DNA of 64,000 bases from Oculina patagonica (taxonomy: Eukaryota): the NCBI RefSeq assembly GCF_052425735.1, contig NC_135763.1:1116001-1180000 (forward strand). Direction: 5' to 3'. Positions 59,750 to 64,000 of this stretch are shown piece by piece. The notes beneath the pieces were generated by a model. The model saw only the letters and a list, made by a program, of their open reading frames with translations, was not told the DNA's origin and ran no database searches. The number at the start of each line of letters is the position of its first letter. Position 1 is the stretch's first letter. The position numbers and the translations under genes were made by a program.

Positions 59750-59928
59750 AAAATCTATATCTACACAAATGCTAAACGTTCAGGACACATTATGCGGGGT
59801 CTTACACCAAGTACTTCTTCGAAGTGACTGGAACCCAGCACCTTACCCATAATGCACGGCCATTGCAAGCTTGGGAAGAGAGTTTCATCAGGCGAACCCC
59901 ATGGGAGCAGCAGTTTACGGCGCGGAAG

Positions 59929-60711
59929 TACTACGATTTCCAGTTGAGTGCGACGCGAACAAAGTTTGGTGACGAGGTTTCAACATAACAACGGCATTGT
60001 TGTCAAGGGCAAACTTTTCTGTTACCATTGGTAACAAATTTGTTTTTGTAACTGTCTTGCTCGACAATCTCGATGCTTAAATAAATACAAACACTACAAA
60101 TATCGTCAGCAACACTTTATTACGCTTTCAAATAAAAAATATATACACAGAGACAACGATAAAAGAAACAAATAACGAAATATATTATGCCTTAGCTGTT
60201 TTATATCGACGGTAACAGATCTGTGTTGAGAGTTGACGTTATGTTCAACGTTCGTCACTTTACCTTCATCGTTAGAGTTACTGTTCAACTGAAATTAATT
60301 CGTTGTCCACCTCCAGGGATTTTCTAGCAGCTTTAAGAATTCCTTCAGCTTTAAATAATATATCTTTCTCAAGTGCAAAATGAATAATTCGCGCACTGAA
60401 ATGAGGAACATTTGGCGCTTCGTAAAGCTGACAAAAGTTAACACCATTTCGGATCGAAATTTCAAAAAATTAGCCAATCACAAAATTGCTCAATTAAAAC
60501 TGACGCCATCTTGGATCGAAATTAGCCAATCAAAAAATTGCTCTGTTTCCCGAGAGGTCCTCCTTGTATAAAAGAACAATGGCGGTCAGTACCTGTTTAC
60601 GACAGTTACCAATGGAAACAGAGAAGTTTGCCCTTGACAACAATGCCGTTGTTATGTTGAAACCTCGTCACCAAACTTTGCTCGCGTCGCACTCAACTGG
60701 AAATCGTAGTA
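59929..60711. mobile_element. Foldback/MITE element with ~107-bp TIRs
   Basis: TACTACGATTTCCAGTTGAGTGCGACGCG...CATTGGTAAC (59929-60035) mirrored at 60605-60711 with few mismatches. Confidence 0.75.
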
Positions 60712-63037
60712 TTGTTTTTCTGCCAGAGAAGTTACTTGGGATGTAAATCAAAAACCTTTACTTGATCACTAAAAGTACAGACCTCCTAGAAACTTCTGAC
60801 AGGTACGTTAGGAAGTGAGTTTAATGTTAGGGTCGATAAAAAGGGATCGAATTTGAACTGTCTCAAATGCGGCCAGACTTGTTTGTACGTTCGATCGACT
60901 CTCAAATATTTAAAAAGTTGTCTACATAGCTCACCCATTTATGAACCAGCTGTTTTACTGACTTCTTTGCATGTAAAGAATGAATAGTACTATTTGTTAG
61001 CCACATTTCTATGATAAAGGGAAAAACCTCTGCTCCGGGTAAGAGTTGAATAATGGCGCGAAATTTTCATTGAGTTTGAAATTACTTCTGAGCTAGAGGG
61101 CAGTTCCTTTCCTCTGTTATCCCGAGCGCTTAGATACCAAATATAGAGTTCACTTTACTTAGGGAAATACAGGGTTTCCCTAGAAAAAGTGGGTTTTTAA
61201 CGTATAACCGATTTTACCACTGGAAATTTCTCAGAAGTGTAGCAGCTCTTGTAAGCTTGTATTTCCACCGGTCCTCGAGTGTAGCAGTTGCTATTGTTTT
61301 GGGGGCTGGGGGCATTACTTGGCTTCACACTAGAGCTTAAAGTATAGTCTAAGTGCACTTGGAACCTACTTTGAGTGTGAATGGGTAAAACGTACTTACT
61401 TGAACTTTTCTTGGTGACAATGGAAACTTTCGTAGTTCAAAGAAGCCGAAGTACGTCGCCAAGTATGGTCTACACCACACTTGAGAACGCACTTGACCAA
61501 TAGGAAATGGAAGCCAACTGAAAGCGCGCGCGTGCAGCGTTGTCACGATTCTGAAAAACAACTTGCCAGCTGAAATCAGAAGAAATTCAAAATGGACGGC
61601 TGGTGTTCGGAGGAGCAAGAGTCTTTTATGTAAGTTAACAAAGAAAGAAAAGAAAAGTCGATGCATATGGTTAAACTTATAATAAACTTATAATCCAAGC
61701 CCAAGCCCTGCGGCGATTTCTTTGCCGAAAACCACGTTGTCGAACCATTCTTGAGAAAAGCAGAAGATGTCGCTTGTTCCTTTGCGTTGCTGCCACGTAC
61801 TCGTTAATAACAAAGTACCTGTGCATTTCTTGTATTGTTGAAATTCTTTGGGTCAAAAGTAACGACAAAATAAATAGGAAATTACAAAAAACTATTCTCT
61901 TTTGCAAAAGCGTGCAATCGTGTTTGTGATAATTATGCGTGACTGATTTTACCCCGCGAAAGATGATTGACAGCTTGTACCTCAAGTAATATACTTAGTC
62001 ATCAAGTGTGAAGCCAGATTTTGTAAAATACGACTTAAGATTTTTAAGTGCACTTGATTCAATTGCTGACTTGAAACTAACTTAGCTTCTAGTGTGAAGC
62101 CAAGTATTGTTCCTGTTGTTTGTTCTTTTGTTCTCTCTAAGGGCAGGGAGCCATTCAAGTGAGATAGACCTTGCAAAAGCTGTTACCCAACCCAAATTTT
62201 TCCCAGGTAATTTACCAGGGCCCAGGGTAACAGTTATTTTCCTCTTGCAAAATTTAGCGAAGGAATTTTCCTGTTAAGTAAGTCTCACAGGGATTAATAA
62301 ACATGAATGGCCGAGAGATGTTTGTGCTGTGCTCCCTTTTCAACTGCTTTTGTGGCGATGCCTTACTTTCACACAAGTAATGATTCTTGGATAAATTAAA
62401 TGGAACTCGATAAATGAGAAGTTAAAAACTCTGTATTGACATAAAGCAAAGTAAGTCAGTGTCTCAAGGATACCAAACTTACTCACCAAAAACAATAAGT
62501 ATTTGGGCACCAAGGAAGACATATTCTACTTACAGTATTACAGTTTGTAGACGCTCTCAACTTTTGCTTCAACAAGCGAATGCGTTTTTTGTTGTTGTTT
62601 TAGTCTTGTTTTAGTTTGCAAAGTGTACAGTACTTCTTGGACTAGAAGCTCTGGATGTTAGTACTCTGCTTGAACAAGTGAATATATAATCATAGACTTG
62701 TTACAGGTTGCAACACGTTTGTACTGCTCACTTTTCAGAAGCAGCAAACTATCGATTTGTAATGAACAGACAAGTTGATTTTCTTATATCATTTTTGTCC
62801 CAGTTTGTAGTTTTCCCTAAACTAAGCGACTTTACAGACATGTCACGTTACCTCAACTTTCCATAAGGCAAACACCTCTCTAAGACGGACAGTTAGGACC
62901 GGTCCCGAAGGTGTCTGTCGTGGAGAGAGTTGACTCTATTTAGGTTCTTCCTCCTGTAGGTTGTTTTTTTTAATATGTGCATGTTTAGTGATGTCATAAC
63001 TTTTTCCTTAGGCTGAGGCCCGACAGACAGCAGAAAT

Positions 63038-63550
63038 ATGATTGCTGATGACTTAAAGCTATTCCTTCACGGCCTTCCTCCAGACTGCCAGGAAAATGAT
63101 TTGAAGGATTTTCTTGAAGGTACATACAGATCATGGAAAGATAGACAAATTCACCTAGTTACAGTCCTGTAAAAGTTATATATTTATAATATATTAGCAA
63201 TAAGGGGGGTTCTGCATACTGATTGAGAATGTTGGCAACAAGGTAAATAAAAAAAAATATACTTAATGTTTCCCTGAAGTATAGAACTGACTCTATAATT
63301 TATACAGTTGAGGCTAATCAGATGTTAATAAGAAAGTAAAGTCTGTCTCAATCAAAATAATGTGTTTCAAACCAAATGAGAATGTGACTCTCCTGAAAAG
63401 TGGCCTATATACACCTTTTATGCTGGGCCATCAGTTCAGTTTAATTAAAAACATATTACTCACTGGTACATATAATTAATTTTGCTTATATTTTCAGGTG
63501 TTTGTGGTTTTCCAGGTGCAGTGACTAAAGTTAGCATTCCCACTTCAAAG
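63038..63550 (+). CDS. N-terminal exons of an RRM-domain protein (runs off the window)
   Basis: Exon 63012-63119 (ATG 63038; MIADDLKLFLHGLPPDCQENDLKDFLE, RNP2-like LFLHGL) splices in phase 1 to 63498-63550 (GVCGFPGAVTKVSIPTSK); canonical AG/GT sites. Confidence 0.55.
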
Positions 63551-64000
63551 GTATTAACTACTAACAACTTCAGATATTGTGATTTACATGGACTTCTTAA
63601 TATTTTTAGTTAGCATTTCTTCTTCAAAGGTGCAACGGGTAGCATTAAAATATTGTGACTTGTGTATACTGTACATGGAAATCTTTATTAAGAATTATTA
63701 TTTTGCTACCCATGCCCTGCCTTGCAATGTAAGACAGTGTTAGAACCATGAGAACCATGAAAAAAGGAGAACAGAAATATAATTTGTTAGCAGGAAATAC
63801 ATGACCCTAACCACCTAGGACAATTGAATAAATAAATCTTTTTTTATATATTAAATAAAGGAAACCATTGATAAGGTCAATTTTGTAAACTTTACAGTGT
63901 AGATATTTTCTGTAATTGCAAAATGTACATTTACTTTGCACCCTTTACAAATTAATTTTTAAGTGAAGTCTTGCATACGCTACATTTTTGTTGTTTTCAC

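Noticed and set aside
61349-62176. Short minus-strand ORFs possibly from a Harbinger-type transposase N-terminus
   Set aside because: No catalytic or other motif I can verify, and no clear TIR pair; left uncalled.
1-64000. A prokaryotic or horizontally acquired gene system
   Set aside because: All supported genes are spliceosomal-intron animal genes or conserved eukaryotic families; no operon-like or phage-like coding block is present.

Overview
Intron-rich, AT-rich animal genomic DNA, most likely a stony coral or other anthozoan, judging from the repeat families and gene style (inference). Gene order: three tandem minus-strand GPR157/cAMP-receptor-like GPCR paralogs, each with the same 3-exon structure, with an intronless TMEM53-like CDS between the first two; an F-box/WD40 gene head-to-head with NudC (229 bp between start codons); a 23-exon, ~1,900-aa kinesin-6 (KIF20-like) gene; and the first exons of an RRM-protein gene at the right edge. 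Introns and spacers are packed with often nested non-autonomous transposons. The most unusual elements are: (i) a ~960-bp half-inverted, multimeric array of a 259-bp tRNA-like unit flanked by a 14-bp direct repeat; (ii) a size series (38 bp to 1.3 kb) of TAG..CTA elements with 9-bp TSDs, one carrying a decayed RecQ helicase fragment (AcademH-like); (iii) a Penelope GIY-YIG remnant with a variant hammerhead-like motif; (iv) a 2.3-kb IS3EU-like element with minisatellite-filled inverted termini. I see no evidence of a prokaryotic-type system (CRISPR, operon). Several indels and garbled A/T tracts look like assembly noise. All exon coordinates were read by hand.
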